Shown here: piece by piece, positions 25,601 to 37,973 of the stretch
How the letters are laid out: each line of letters begins with the position of its first letter
Position numbering within the stretch: the first letter of the stretch is position 1
Assembly: GCA_040285855.1 (NCBI GenBank)
Contig: JAUFOQ010000001.1
Coordinates: 3,410,001 to 3,474,000 of the forward strand
Reading direction: 5' to 3'
DNA: 64,000 nt
From: Eukaryota sp. GEM-RC1
Taxonomy: Eukaryota
Made by a program: the position numbers and the translations under genes
Notes under the pieces: model-generated
Seen by the model: only the letters and a program-made list of their open reading frames with translations
Told to the model about the DNA's origin: nothing
The model's database searches: none

Positions 25601-26188
25601 TTAATAACATAAACAAATTTCATTTTATGTCCATACTGATAATTGTTCTTATTACCTTTGTTGTTTCACACTAACAAATTCAACAGAAGTAAAAGAGAGA
25701 GAAAACGAATGGTCAAAGTACCTCCATCGATCATCTCAAAACAAGCTATCAGATACTGTTAATGTAGAGCTATTCTGGAAGAGAACATAACTTTAAAGGA
25801 CATGGTTTGAGATGATATAATAATGTTCTAGCTTACTATTAATTTGATAATAAAAGTATCAACAGTAGTTAATGGAAGTATTTCATGATGACGGAATCAT
25901 CAGTCATTTTGAAAATCAACTAATATCCGTGTATTATTGAACTTTGTATTTCACCACTAATGTCTACTGCCAGCAAAACAAAACAAGAAATCGCTCATAG
26001 AATGTAAATATAGAATATATCACAGAAAATTGGACCTACCATTACACTGCACTAATAACTGATGATGGTAGTCATCCGAAGCATTAACATTGGTCGTTTT
26101 ATAGGAGAAACCATCATAGTACTTTCTACCTCCCTGACAGCCTTTTATATAGAAATTGAAAGCAAGTTCGTTGATATAACTTTCAAGA

Positions 26189-28121
26189 CTACTTTCTATG
26201 GTGATGATTCAAAGTTGACAATGATTTCTTTAACAAAACTGGCATAAGAAAGGAGGCAAGTCGTGTATCAGTAGTCAAATCTGAGAGAATATTTAAAATT
26301 TCAATGTTTTTGGCACTAGAGAAAAAATCAAAATCAACAATTACTTTCTTAAACTGTTCAACTAACCATAATTGAGTGTCTTTCCATGACGTGACAAGAC
26401 AATTAATCAGAAATAGGTCATAAGTATTAGGTAGGGTCTTCTTTAATTTTGAAAAAACTTCAGGGGTAAGACATGGAGTAATTGAAATACTAGCTAGAAC
26501 ACTCTGGTCAATGATTAATGCGAAACTTTGAATGAAAAAATCAATATTTGAAATTTTCCATCTCTTAAAATTCAAACAACTTTGAGATAAACACCACAAA
26601 AACCATTGATCAGGGATAACCTGAACATTTTGAACCCCTGAAAGACTTTCATTGACCATGTGAACAGACATTGACAAAGGTGATTCTGATCAAATAATGG
26701 AAGCAAACAAATATACACCTGTTCAATAATTTTATCTGTAACTAAGATTTTATCAAACACTTGACTTACTGTATGACAATCTTCTTCGAAAACTTGATTG
26801 GTAATGGACACAGACAAAGACTTTAACAACCAAGAATTAGTAACCTTCGTCATTAAAAGAAGGATAAATGAAAGAGGTAAAGGGAAAGGTGAGGGTAGAT
26901 CTAGATCTTTGTTTAATTTTCCAAAGAGAGTTAAATTATCTTTCAGCATATTTAGAAGATTCCGTTCCGAAATAGTCTTCAATAAAAGAAGTATATCATT
27001 TGTAGAGTTAAAAGAAGAAACAAATGAATTACATGTTTGTTTTAGATTCTTAACTTGAAAATAAACTGCCAATTGAAAAAAATCAACGACATTATTGACA
27101 GCAAGACTAATTGTTTCACCAAGAAGATAATTAAAAAAAATCTCGAAATTTGACTCACAAACATCAGAAAATTGTTCCATGTAAGAGAACTTTCGGTCAT
27201 TTGAGTCTGCAAAATTCAAACAAAACAGATTTTTAAAATATTCAGAAGAACAAATCAATACCAAGGAGCTAATTGTTAAAGATTTACTCTTATAGGAAAT
27301 CAGAACATCTCTGTGAACACTTGATTTGATGATTTGCAAGACTTCTTTAGACTTCATTCGAAGAAAGCGTGGTTTGGAAAATCCTTCAGAAATAATCTTA
27401 TATATGGCGTCTACTAAAGAGGAGAGTTGAAGAGAAGAACCTACTGAGAGCACATTAGCCAAGTTCTGCAAGGTAAGTTGAAAGGGTTGTCCATAACAGT
27501 AGTCTAGGATTTGGAAGAAGAGATCGGCATCGGGAAGGATAGACTCTAGTTGGGGGAAGTTTACTTCATGATCGGAGCTTGGACTGAAGGAAGAGAGAAA
27601 AGAAGAATGACAAGGATATGATTGGCCGTGGAAGACGATAACCTTGTCGGTGAGGAACTCCTTTGTTTGTTCTGGTAGAGTTCGGAAACGATATCATTAG
27701 GAATTGTTGTCACTTTTACAGGAGAAATCGTCTTCCTGGAGTCGGAGCGAATGCATGCATCTTTGTGACTTTGGAGGATACTATCAATGTAGTTTGAGAC
27801 ATCTATAGGCAGTGGAGATACTGAATGACATAGAGAAAAGATAAACTCAGGAGAATATTGATATTTGATGGTTTGAAGATCAGAGCTGTCACCGTGTGAA
27901 GGTTCGGGAGATGGTCTTGGGAGATGCACAGGAGACACAGCCTCAGAGACACATGTTGGAGAGTGTGCAGTAGCTGAGGAAAAACTTGGCAAAGAATCAA
28001 GAAGTACTTGATAACGTTTATGTCCATACCCAACATCTCCAAATTTAGAGCCTTTCGGAACAAAAAAAGGGACCGATTTGGCTTCTAAAGAGATCTTCTT
28101 GAACTTACTTTGTTTAGACAT
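26189..28121 (-). pseudogene. PAM2-like + 4E-motif + BTB-BTB gene, frameshifted and 3'-truncated (no MIF4G)
   Basis: Start MSKQSKF (ATG 28121), EAKSVPFFVPKG, QYSPEFIFSL, then BTB regions matching 44182.. and 55946.. (ORFs 27561..28391, 26572..27471, 26189..26677). Frameshifts, an internal deletion near 27580, and an end at LNHHHRK. Confidence 0.8.
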
Positions 28122-28352
28122 TTTGGTCTTCACTGGTTCTGTAAGAAGAGTCCCGCTTACTTCAATATCGAACATCGGCGGCTCTGGGACTTTCTGGGTT
28201 GGACAAAATTCGTGATTGGGATATTTTGACAGTATAGATACAAATTTGGAGAGGTTTGATCCATATGACATGAGCAAAGTGAAATTCTGCAAAGAAAGTT
28301 TTAATTGTGTATTTAGCTCTGTACGTACCGTACGTACGGTACGGACCGGTAC

Positions 28353-28697
28353 TAGAGTTGGCAAACGACGTGACGAGTCACGACTTTTCATGACGCGACT
28401 CTACTTGAAGTCACGTCGGCTTGGGTTCTTTCCAATGACTTGAAGTCACGTTTGACTTGGGTTTTGATAATGACGTCATGACGTCGTCGTGACTTTGGAG
28501 TCTATTTATTTATGCTCGTTTTTTGTATATGATGGACTATTTTGTTACTCATGGGTACTATACCCCTTCTCTTTTAAAAAAAATGATAGGTGTCATTGTG
28601 TGACTCATATTTTGGTCACTAGAAGATCATAAAATTTGTGTTGCTTCAAATTAATTCATAAATTCGTAAACCAAGCTTCTCAGTGTAGCCAACTCTC
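28353..28697. mobile_element. Possible degenerate MITE
   Basis: TAGAGTTGGC at 28353 and GCCAACTCT at 28688; dense GACGTCA/GTCACG subterminal repeats at 28365-28495. No TSD recognised. Confidence 0.4.
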
Positions 28698-29042
28698 GAA
28701 GTTCATGTTCGCAATGAAGAGGGCCTATTATTTGCGGCAACAGTTGAAGAAGGCCGCTGATGAATTGAACGTCGAAGGAATAGTTGATAGAAATCAGATG
28801 TTGTTACAAGATGGAATTCTACATTTTAATGATCCAATCAAAAATTAGTTCGACCCATTAATACTGTCATCTACAACAAATCCAAATAGAAATTCAAACA
28901 AACTACAGTATCAGTGCTATTCCCATACATTTGTAACGCTTCTTTTGTATACACGAATTCTGTTGTCTGCGCAGGTGACTGACTTCTCAAGAAGACAACG
29001 AACTAGTTTATCTATTTTCTTAAAGTAACATTGAAACGTATC

Positions 29043-29992
29043 CAGGGGTGGAAAAAAGTATATTTTTATTGTATTTGCTGTGATAGATATTTCTATCTCT
29101 TATATTGTTGTGTGAGTTACCATTAATTCATTTATCGTTGAGTGAAACAATCAACAGTAAACAATATTGTTTGCAATTAAGTAGAATATATTGCAGTGCT
29201 ATTTTGTTTCAACTGTAATTAATTGTGCAATGATTGCAAAAATCCATTTCAGAGTAATGGATGAGAGTTTGCTGAGGTCAATACCACTCTAGCAAAGCAT
29301 CGTCTATGTTGAAAATGTTGTACACAACTTTACATATCCCTACTTGATACGATTTTTTCTCCCTAACTGAACACACTCATTTTGTTATTGTGTTACTACA
29401 AAGGAGTATCTTCAATCAGAGTTTGATACACTACACAATCATACTTGTAAGCAGCATAGTTCGAAATGCGTACGGCACGTTCGGTAACGTACTCCATACG
29501 CGCACGTGCGGAATACATGCGGCTTCTTTTACCGTATTCCAACGTATTCTTCTTTTCATATCCTTTTCTGTTAACCAGCACCTATTATATATTATACAAT
29601 ACTATTTATTGATGAAACAAAAACTACAACTTTTCATTAAGGTAGGAATTCAACAATATGGTCTTCTGGTTCATCTTCAAGAATGTCATGGTCCTTATCT
29701 TGAGGTTCAGCAATACACTGATCAATTACCCAAAGGATCACAAAAACTTTTTTTCAGAGATTTTAATAATCTGGTGTTACCGTCTTTGATTGACGTAAAG
29801 AAATACCAAATCATGCAGGAGTGAAGCTTTCATCCTATTGCGTTTCTTGGTTTTAATGATGGAGTGCACAATCCAATTTCTCTCGACAGCTGGTGGACTT
29901 ATAATTTTGATTGGTACTGAACGAAGAATACCATCTCGTGAGCCATTTTTTCCCACAAAGATTTGGGTGAACATTTCTCCATGTTTTGCCAT
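29043..29992 (-). mobile_element. hAT (DUF659-type) relic: terminus plus dimerisation domain
   Basis: SPPAVERNWIVHSIIKTKKRNRM...LHDLVFLYVN (29777..29992) matches the ERNWS..IHTKKRNRL motif; terminus CAGGGGTGGAAAA at 29043 resembles the TIR at 32839. Confidence 0.75.
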
Positions 29993-30041
29993 GATGGTTG
30001 TTTTTTGAAAAAGCTACGTTTGTTCTCTTCTCTCTCGACTT

Positions 30042-30592
30042 ACAAGTTGTAAGTCACAATTACACATGATCACATTGTGATTGTGAACTCACTACTACTT
30101 GTGATTCAAATGTGATAGTAAGTAAAGTTGTCAATGAAATACCTGTATATTTTAATTCTAGTCCGATGTTAATGGTTCGTAATACTCTGAATTGGTACTC
30201 TAAGGAAACCGATAATTTTCGACACTGTCAGAACATCCACCTGCGAAACAGAAAATGGACTATCTCACCAACCGTTGTTTGTCTTCTGCCAGATTGTTGC
30301 ATCCTGCATTTTATACTTAAACAATCATTTTTTTGGATAACATAATGATGATTATTGATTTCAATTTTAGAAGCAAAATATCGAGGAATACATTGATATA
30401 GATTGGACTCAGGACAGTGCAGTAGACCACGTTGGCAATAGAAAGAAGTAATGGTATCGATTTGCCAAGTACAAGAACAATTTGTATAACAAATTTTTGA
30501 ATATAATCAGTACACTTATCACAACACGTGAAATGTAATTGTGGTTATTGAATGTGATCACACTGACAAAAGTAGTGTGATTTACAAGTATA
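30042..30592. mobile_element. Degenerate MITE related to the element at 48879-49295
   Basis: Imperfect TIRs ACAAGTTGTAAGTCACA / TGTGATTTACAAGTATA; TGATCAC subterminal motifs at both ends; TSD not preserved. Confidence 0.45.
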
Positions 30593-31382
30593 TACACGTT
30601 CTACTGAGCTGCGTTAGGAAGTTGTCTTGTCTGATGAACATTTGATGTTTCATAATATATATGCTAGAGCCGTTAGTGTTTCATTTTTAACACATAGGAA
30701 CCAAATGAAACTAACAAATATTTCTTGTTTTCGAAAAGAACAGATAATAAATTGAAACATTCATTATCCCGTCCTAAACGTATCTATCACTACAAGATCC
30801 CATTATGTTGGTCTCTTTTTCGTAGCAGAAACTGTCAATAATAATTACATTGTATTGTAGATGTTCCACTTATGATATAACTTTGTTTGTCACAATACAT
30901 GTTGGAGGCAAAGATTTGGACTTGTGGTTGCTCTTGCCAAGTACACAACAAAACTGGATAATGGTAAAATACCTAGTAGGATCTAATATATATGTATATC
31001 AATTGCTCTTACCTTTACTGTAAACGGTTGAGTTTTAACGTATAATTATAAGTGAACGTTAGAAAAATGAATATTATATCACAACCATGATTCTATTGCT
31101 GTTACTAATGCAATATAATGGAAATTAGAATTATTTCCAATCTCTCAATCACAATGAACGATTGGTAATAACACTGAATTTCTCAATAACTACAGAAATA
31201 TCAAGGTGTAATGAATATTCATGCCCGTAGATCGTAAATGAAGAACATTTTTGAATTTATTGTTTTGGTACTTTAGTATGATGTAGAACTCGCGTGCATT
31301 TTTAGAAAAAAACGCTTAGTTTGTTTTTGGTTTCACCTGAATCAGAAAAGGGCTTATACAATCAGTTTTTATCCAAAACAAA

Positions 31383-31820
31383 TCAATAAAAAGCAATCGA
31401 CTCATCATGTACAATTAAAGCATTGTTTTTCTGGAGAGTTTCAAGAATTTGCCGACACTCTTCATCACTAAAGGCTTTAGTAGCTGACTGATTCGCAGAG
31501 TATATCAAATCATCAATATTAAGCAGGTCTCTTCGTTTTATCGCTCTTATGACAGACAATGAGGTATACATGATACCAATAAACTCATCGTGTCGAGGCG
31601 GTTTATTGTGAATATCAGTCACAGCTGCAGCAAATCTCGAAAGATTTTGAGCCATGTTCGAAGGTTCAAGAGTGTTCATTTGTTGACAGACGTTTGGTGC
31701 AACTTCACGGCGGAGACTTGGTCGCCTTACGGAAACCATCATGGAACGGCTCAAGTGTTTCCACCACTTGCAGAGCCCTAGTGTCTTATTCTGTACAGCG
31801 GAGTCTTGTGCAGAATGCAT
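31383..31820 (-). CDS. Small ORF ending in an MCM3-like C-terminal winged-helix domain (orphan fragment or small gene)
   Basis: ATG-initiated 145 aa; the C-terminus FSDEECRQILETLQKNNALIVHDESIAFY resembles the MCM3 terminal WH pattern; no MCM AAA+ domain seen upstream. Confidence 0.4.
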   Translation of the reverse strand: MHSAQDSAVQNKTLGLCKWWKHLSRSMMVSVRRPSLRREVAPNVCQQMNTLEPSNMAQNLSRFAAAVTDIHNKPPRHDEFIGIMYTSLSVIRAIKRRDLLNIDDLIYSANQSATKAFSDEECRQILETLQKNNALIVHDESIAFY

Positions 31821-32838
31821 AGAGAGAGATAAGTGGTGAGAGATAGTAGCGGAGAAAATGTAGCTAGAGAGTCACAATATGTTTCTGTTTAAGTTGGAAG
31901 TATGGCGATACTACTTTCGGATTAACGAAAATTGGAAAATTGTCTGGTATCATTCATCAGTTAACCCTCATTTTTACTTGAATCTAGGACAGGCATCCAC
32001 AATTTCGACACAGATCTCATGTTTTCCCAAAGTCTCACTCATTCACCATTGCACCAATGATGATTTCATTCCACTCATGTGCAATGTAGGTACTCATGAC
32101 ATGATAACACCGCTTTTTTGCTAGACAAACCAACAAGAACCGCAGTGTCTGAGCTATTCAGATCTATTTTGGTCCCAGTATGATGACTGATTTACCAAGT
32201 CCATTTCACTTCTACTCGACAGAGTTAATACCATCTCAGATGCAACGCAATGTCTGTATGATTACCTATTACTGTATAGAACATGTATATACCATCTAAA
32301 CACTACTAGTACCCAACTCAGTACAGAATTAGCACTGAATTATATAATAAACTATGATGCAGAATAACTAGACAATATTGTTCACGTCATCACCAAACTC
32401 GACTAATGTCTCCACCAGAAAAGGTGTACGAACGAAAACTGCATCACCGCTAGCATAGTCTTCTTCTTCGTTCAAAGCCTCCATGGCTGCTTCTTATTCC
32501 CAGTTTGTTTGATCAGAATCATTAGCTGTAGAATTTTCAAAATCACTATGTTCCATTGCCAGCTCATAGTTTGCATCTTCTGACTCCAGTTCACACATAA
32601 TCTTGTTTTGTAATTGTAATTAACGGCATCCATTTTGTCTTTGGCGGTGGTGACCGTTAACGCGACCTGGCGCCTGGAGGACCCACTATAAACCATGAAT
32701 GAAACCTTGGTAACCATGGTAACCGTTATCACTGGATTTCGATGCCATTTTGAAAGACAATGATAATCTGTTCACTCAAGTTAGACATATCAAAAACACT
32801 CTCGTTCTAAAAACCAACACTTCGTGCAGACCTTGGAG

Positions 32839-33589
32839 TAGGGGTTGGAAAAAAATATGTAAATAGATATCATGGCAAACAGTAAATACTTCGAGTGGTT
32901 AAGTTCAAACAATAAATATTGCAATACAGTTGACAACTAAATATATATTGCAATTATTTCAATATTCCTTAAGTTTTTCTGTGAAACAACTCTTCTTTGA
33001 ATTCGATGACTTAAGGCGTTACCTATACTTTTGTACTTATCATAATTTATACTTTATGGAATCACACCGTATTAATAACCAAAACAACGGGGAAGAAAGT
33101 TGGTGTAGTTGGAATGCTTCTTCACGGATGAAAGGGTTGCTGGCAGTGCAGTGTTTACATTGCCTTGCAACCTTGTCAGCTGGAACTGATTCAGGCTGAG
33201 GATTCATGAGCTTGAAGTAGAACAATGTCATGTGCTTCGGCTTCAAAGTCATGTAAAAAGGAACAGAAAAATGTTCAGCAAAGAACGAAAGATCAGCAAT
33301 TGTCCGTGTCTCGTCACTATAACTAAGCGGAAAAACCAAAAACCTTCAGTAACCGTCAAAATCAGCCCGAGATACAAGAAATGTACCTTCTGTAATTGTC
33401 GAGAACATGGTTTCGCACTGTTTTCAATTTGGTAGAAACAAGAACAATATTGCAATAAATATCGTACCGAACAATAAATATTGCAATCAGTCATGATAAA
33501 AAATAAATATTTCAAGATGTGATAAAAAAATATGCTATTATGCAATAATATTTCAATATCTAAATAGAAATATAGTTTTCCAACCCCTG
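32839..33589 (-). mobile_element. Internally deleted hAT element (751 bp) retaining a BED-finger-like relic
   Basis: TIR TAGGGGTTGGAAAA / TTTTCCAACCCCTG (13/14); TSD CCTTGGAG (32831-32838) vs CTTTGGAG (33590-33597); internal FYFKL...ARQCKHC; ATATTGCAATA subterminal repeats. Confidence 0.88.
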
Positions 33590-34609
33590 CTTTGGAGGCG
33601 TAGTTGGGAAATACTCTTTTTGTGATTTTATGTATTAGTTTAAGCTCGAATTTAATATTGTTTTTGTATTTTTTCATTTTTTTCAGAAGTTCATATTTGA
33701 CTATTCAAGTGGTCATATGCCCAGGACTTGGAAATTGCATTGCCAATTAATTGGTCTCATTTGTTGTGGGGTAATGAACTATTGCAATTATCATATTTAC
33801 TGTAATTAATTACCTAATTGGTTCATGATATATTAACCATTCTTTTTTTCAGTACAAGATCCTCCAGCGTATTGTTCTTCAAGTAAACAAGACTGGTTTT
33901 CCGAATTCACTGTACTGAAAAAAAGATAAAAAAATGGAGCAATATTCACTAAAGAATATCAAGTATAGTGACAAAAAGGCTGCATTGATAGATGTAAACC
34001 AAATAAACCATGACTCATCAATCCACACCACTAACTTTGCTTGACTCAATATACGTTTCACTTCTGAAAACGTCATCTGAAAATTGGAATCAGTCGGAAA
34101 AAAGGTCTTCAAAAACAGAGACCGAGTACTGGTAGAGAAAACAAACAGGGAAGTCTGTACGAACTAGGACAATTGGTTTATGAGCTGTTATTCAACTAAA
34201 ATACGGAGTAAATTCTATTCATGTCGTACATTCGAAGCGTCTGTAATCAATGCAATTTATTGGTCACCCGTTGCTCAAACCCTTTTGCTTATTGCAAATA
34301 CTTATTTGGTAATAATTTAATTGGAAATGAATGCAATTTTTCCAAGTCCTGGTCACCACACCTTTAAAGAAAGCAAATATAGGTATTGTGTCCAAGTTAT
34401 TTGGTTGTAACTATTTTTCGGATTTGGTTTGTTGTAATAGTCTTTATTTATTTATTTGTTACTTTCTGGTTGTGTGTTTGTCTCTGTACATCAATGCTCA
34501 ACCCTTGTATTTTCCAGATATGCAAATATCTATTACAAATATTATAAAACATCAGTGAGAACATTATTTGCATCAACTAACATAGTTGATACATCAAACT
34601 AGTTTAAGA

Positions 34610-35400
34610 ATACCAATATGTGTAGTTTGGAAAAGAATGTCCAATAAGAAGCCACACGCTCAAAAACGTGACATGATACTGTGACATCACCACATTCATC
34701 AGGAAAAAGTCCACTTAAAGAATAGTACATGGAAAAATTTATGGTACGCAAGTGCATATATGTTACATTACCGTGTAGCACAAGAGCAACTTAAAGATAT
34801 CATAAACAACATTTCTGTCAAGGTGTCTATTACACTTGATCTTTGGACCTCCTCCCTTCATTGCTGTTACTCTAAACAATGTCAACGATTACTATGAATT
34901 AGTAGGTTAATCGGATGAGACAAAAAGAACTGATCATTAGCATTGATTGTAACATAATCACTAGACTACTACAAGTGTAATAAAGTTTATCAGACTACCA
35001 TTTGATCATGCTATGAAAATACAAAGTACACATGAACACTACTCAAAAAATTCAACCAAAATTAGTGGGAGCTGCACCATATTCTGGTGATGCACTATGG
35101 TCACTCCAATTTCCGTAAACTAAACACTTTCACTCGAAACATACGAAAAAAGAAAAAATAGATTGGTATGCAAGATCTGTTGTTAAGTTCAATCAAAATT
35201 CATTACTACTCGGACTTTTGGTAAAGTTGGTGAAATCGTTATCCCTGTCCAGATTAAAGCCACGTGGCAGATAGCTAATCGAGGATACATGTATTTTTAC
35301 GACATAGATCCCTACAAGATACTCATGCGCCTCATACAATTATTCGAGGTTTACAATCAATTTTGTTACAGCATTTGAGTCTACAGCAACGTTGTCGCTT
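34610..35400 (+). mobile_element. Degraded hAT transposase relic (duplicate of 39108-39930)
   Basis: KVSITLDLWTS at ~34820-34850; 34610-34905 is closely similar to 39108-39405. Confidence 0.6.
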
Positions 35401-35609
35401 TAAAGCAATTTCAGTAGCTTAACTCACAGTGTTGTGTCATAAAACAAAATAAATATATAACGAAACCTAGTTTTTACAATATACAATTTTATAAACATCA
35501 ATGCATTAGAATATATACAATGGTAAAAGTGTCCTGAAAAATTACCATTTATCATCTAACATGTCGACTTTCCAATAAATTTGGCGGTTCCTGTTGTTTA
35601 GAGTCAGCT

Positions 35610-37973
35610 TTAACCTCGGAAAGCTGACATTTCAGGACCCTTCTTAGAGAAAGAACGTTGAGGAAGATTTTGGCGGGAACCCCGACCACGGTTACCACGA
35701 ATATTCCGTTGTCTAGACAAACGATTAACCTCAGCAGCATGGGTATCAAGAACTTTCTTAATGTTCTGTGTTACAGTAGTAGGCAGAGGAGAGATGTTAG
35801 ACCTGAGATTATAGATGAACTCAGCAGAATAAACACGAGGGGAAGGTCTAAGATTCTTGATTGAACCCCCAGCCTTTGTCTTCCAAGTGCGTAAATCCTG
35901 AGAGACATTTTGACGAGGAGCTGGTGCACGAATAAAAGGTTTACCACGACGACTGGCAACATCCTCGTGGGATTGAAGAACACGTTTTATGTTTTGTGTT
36001 ACTGAATAAGGTAACTGACGATGATTCTTGTTCCGGAAAGACAGAATGAATTCATCAGTATACACACGCTTGGCTTTGTTGATCTTTTTGTTGAGGAAAG
36101 GAGCAAGTCGCGTATCATTTAAAAGTGTTGAGAGAATTGTTGAAATTTGTATACGGTCCGTATTGGTTTGCAAATCAAAGGAATTTGCAACTTCTTTAAA
36201 TTCCTCAGTAGTCCATAGTTCAGTCTCCTTCCAAGATTTCACCAGACAATTGATAAGAAACAAATCATATGAAGAAGATAGGATTTTTTGAAATTTAGTG
36301 AAAACATCAGGAGTAAGAAAGGGAAAATTTGAAGAACTGGACAAGTCTGATGGATTAATAAACAGTGAAAAATTCTGAATAAAAAAGTCGAAATCTGAAA
36401 TTTTGCACATTCTATGATTCAAACAACTTTGAGATAAACACCACAAAAACCATTCATCAGGGATGACGTGGACATTTTGAACCCCCTGAAAGACTTTCAT
36501 TGACCAAGTTGATAGAAATTGACAAAGGAAATCCATACTAAAGAGGGGAAGCAATGAATTGAAAATTTGATTGATGTTTTTGTCATTTACAACGATTTTT
36601 TCGAAAATTTGTGTTAGTTCAGTGAATTTTTCGTCGAAAATTTGATCATTGATGGAAAGGGACAAACACTGTAACAGCCAAGAGTTTTTGACGTCATCAA
36701 TTAACATACAAATAGCTTCAAGAGGTAAAGGAAAGGGAGGTGGGAGAACTGCAAAAACCCAAATATCTAATTTTTTGAAAATATTTAGATTGTCTTTCAG
36801 TAAATGAAAAATGTTTCGCTCTGAAACAGTTTTTAATAAAGTGACAATGTCTCTAGATGATGAAACAGTAGAAAAGAATGATTTACAAGTTTCCTTTAGA
36901 TTTTCTACGACAAAGTAAACGGACAATTGATAAAAATCCACAACATTATTGATGTTAAGTTTAGGTGATTCGCCAAGAAAACAATTGAAGAAAGCTTCAA
37001 AGTTTGTAGCTGAAACACCATTGAACTCTTCACTGTAAGAAAAGTTTCGTTCCCTGGAATCTGAAAAACCCAAACAAAATATTTTTTTAAAATATTCACA
37101 AGAACAAATTAAAACCAAGGAACTCATGGTTAGAGACTTACCCTTGTAAGAAAGCATAACATCTCTTTGAACTTTTGACCGAATAGTTTGTAAGACTTCT
37201 TCAGACTTCAGTTGAACTTGACGCGACTGAGGTAGCCCTTGTGATATGACTCTACGAATGTCACTAGCTAGAGTGGAGATTTGAAGAAGCGTGGCCAAGG
37301 TGAGAGCAAAGCCAACGTTATCGAGGGTAAGTTCGAGGGGTTGTCCGTAACAGTAGTCTAGGATTTGGAAGAAGAGATCGGCATCGGGAAGGATAGACTC
37401 AAGTAGGGGGAAGTTTACTTCATGATCGGAGCTGAGTAGCTTTTCTTTCAAGACTGGACTGAAGGAGGAGAGAAAAGAAGAGTGACAAGGATAGGATTGG
37501 CCGTGGAAGACTATAAGGGCATCAGTAAGATACTCATTTTGCATACTATGGAAGAGTTGGGAAACGATAACGGTAAGATGGGTGGGAGAAGCTTCATGGA
37601 CGGAACATGAAAGATGTTGAGGAGCACTGGAGCTTATATGGTCCCTAGTATGAAGGTTTCTCCTTTCTAGAGGTAAATCATAGAAATTCGATTGTTCTGT
37701 CGATCTTTGAAAGCCGATATCAGAAGGTGGGAGAACAATTTCAACAACATTAGGATCTGGAGCATAGCCAGAGGTTGATCGATTCCAATAATCCAGGATA
37801 CTTTTGGCCTTACCGAGAGGTGCAGCAGGGGTGAAGCCGACATTGCCCAATTTAGAGCCTTTACTGACGAATTCCGCAACCCTAGGACCATTGCTGACGA
37901 ATTTCTTAACCTTAGGAGGTGCAAAATCCTTAGCTTCTGAAACTAAAGCATTGAATTTGGAGGGTTTGGTCAT
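35610..37973 (-). CDS. PAM2-like motifs + tandem BTB-BTB + two eIF4E-binding-like modules + RG tail (787 aa, intact)
   Basis: ATG MTKPSKFNALVSEAKDFAPP at 37973; BTB1 (LTDALIVFHGQSYPCHSSFLSSFSPVL...FFQILDYCYG); BTB2 (SSLVLICSCEYFKKIF...VVDFYQLSVYFVVENLKETC); RVYTDEFILSFR and RVYSAEFIYNLR; RGNRGRG. Confidence 0.88.
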   Translation of the reverse strand: MTKPSKFNALVSEAKDFAPPKVKKFVSNGPRVAEFVSKGSKLGNVGFTPAAPLGKAKSILDYWNRSTSGYAPDPNVVEIVLPPSDIGFQRSTEQSNFYDLPLERRNLHTRDHISSSAPQHLSCSVHEASPTHLTVIVSQLFHSMQNEYLTDALIVFHGQSYPCHSSFLSSFSPVLKEKLLSSDHEVNFPLLESILPDADLFFQILDYCYGQPLELTLDNVGFALTLATLLQISTLASDIRRVISQGLPQSRQVQLKSEEVLQTIRSKVQRDVMLSYKGKSLTMSSLVLICSCEYFKKIFCLGFSDSRERNFSYSEEFNGVSATNFEAFFNCFLGESPKLNINNVVDFYQLSVYFVVENLKETCKSFFSTVSSSRDIVTLLKTVSERNIFHLLKDNLNIFKKLDIWVFAVLPPPFPLPLEAICMLIDDVKNSWLLQCLSLSINDQIFDEKFTELTQIFEKIVVNDKNINQIFNSLLPLFSMDFLCQFLSTWSMKVFQGVQNVHVIPDEWFLWCLSQSCLNHRMCKISDFDFFIQNFSLFINPSDLSSSSNFPFLTPDVFTKFQKILSSSYDLFLINCLVKSWKETELWTTEEFKEVANSFDLQTNTDRIQISTILSTLLNDTRLAPFLNKKINKAKRVYTDEFILSFRNKNHRQLPYSVTQNIKRVLQSHEDVASRRGKPFIRAPAPRQNVSQDLRTWKTKAGGSIKNLRPSPRVYSAEFIYNLRSNISPLPTTVTQNIKKVLDTHAAEVNRLSRQRNIRGNRGRGSRQNLPQRSFSKKGPEMSAFRG

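Noticed and set aside
28122..28391. N-terminal extension of ORF 27561..28391 (PVRTVRTVRT)
   Set aside because: Read-through into GTAC-rich repeat DNA; the family start signature MSKQSKF lies at 28121.
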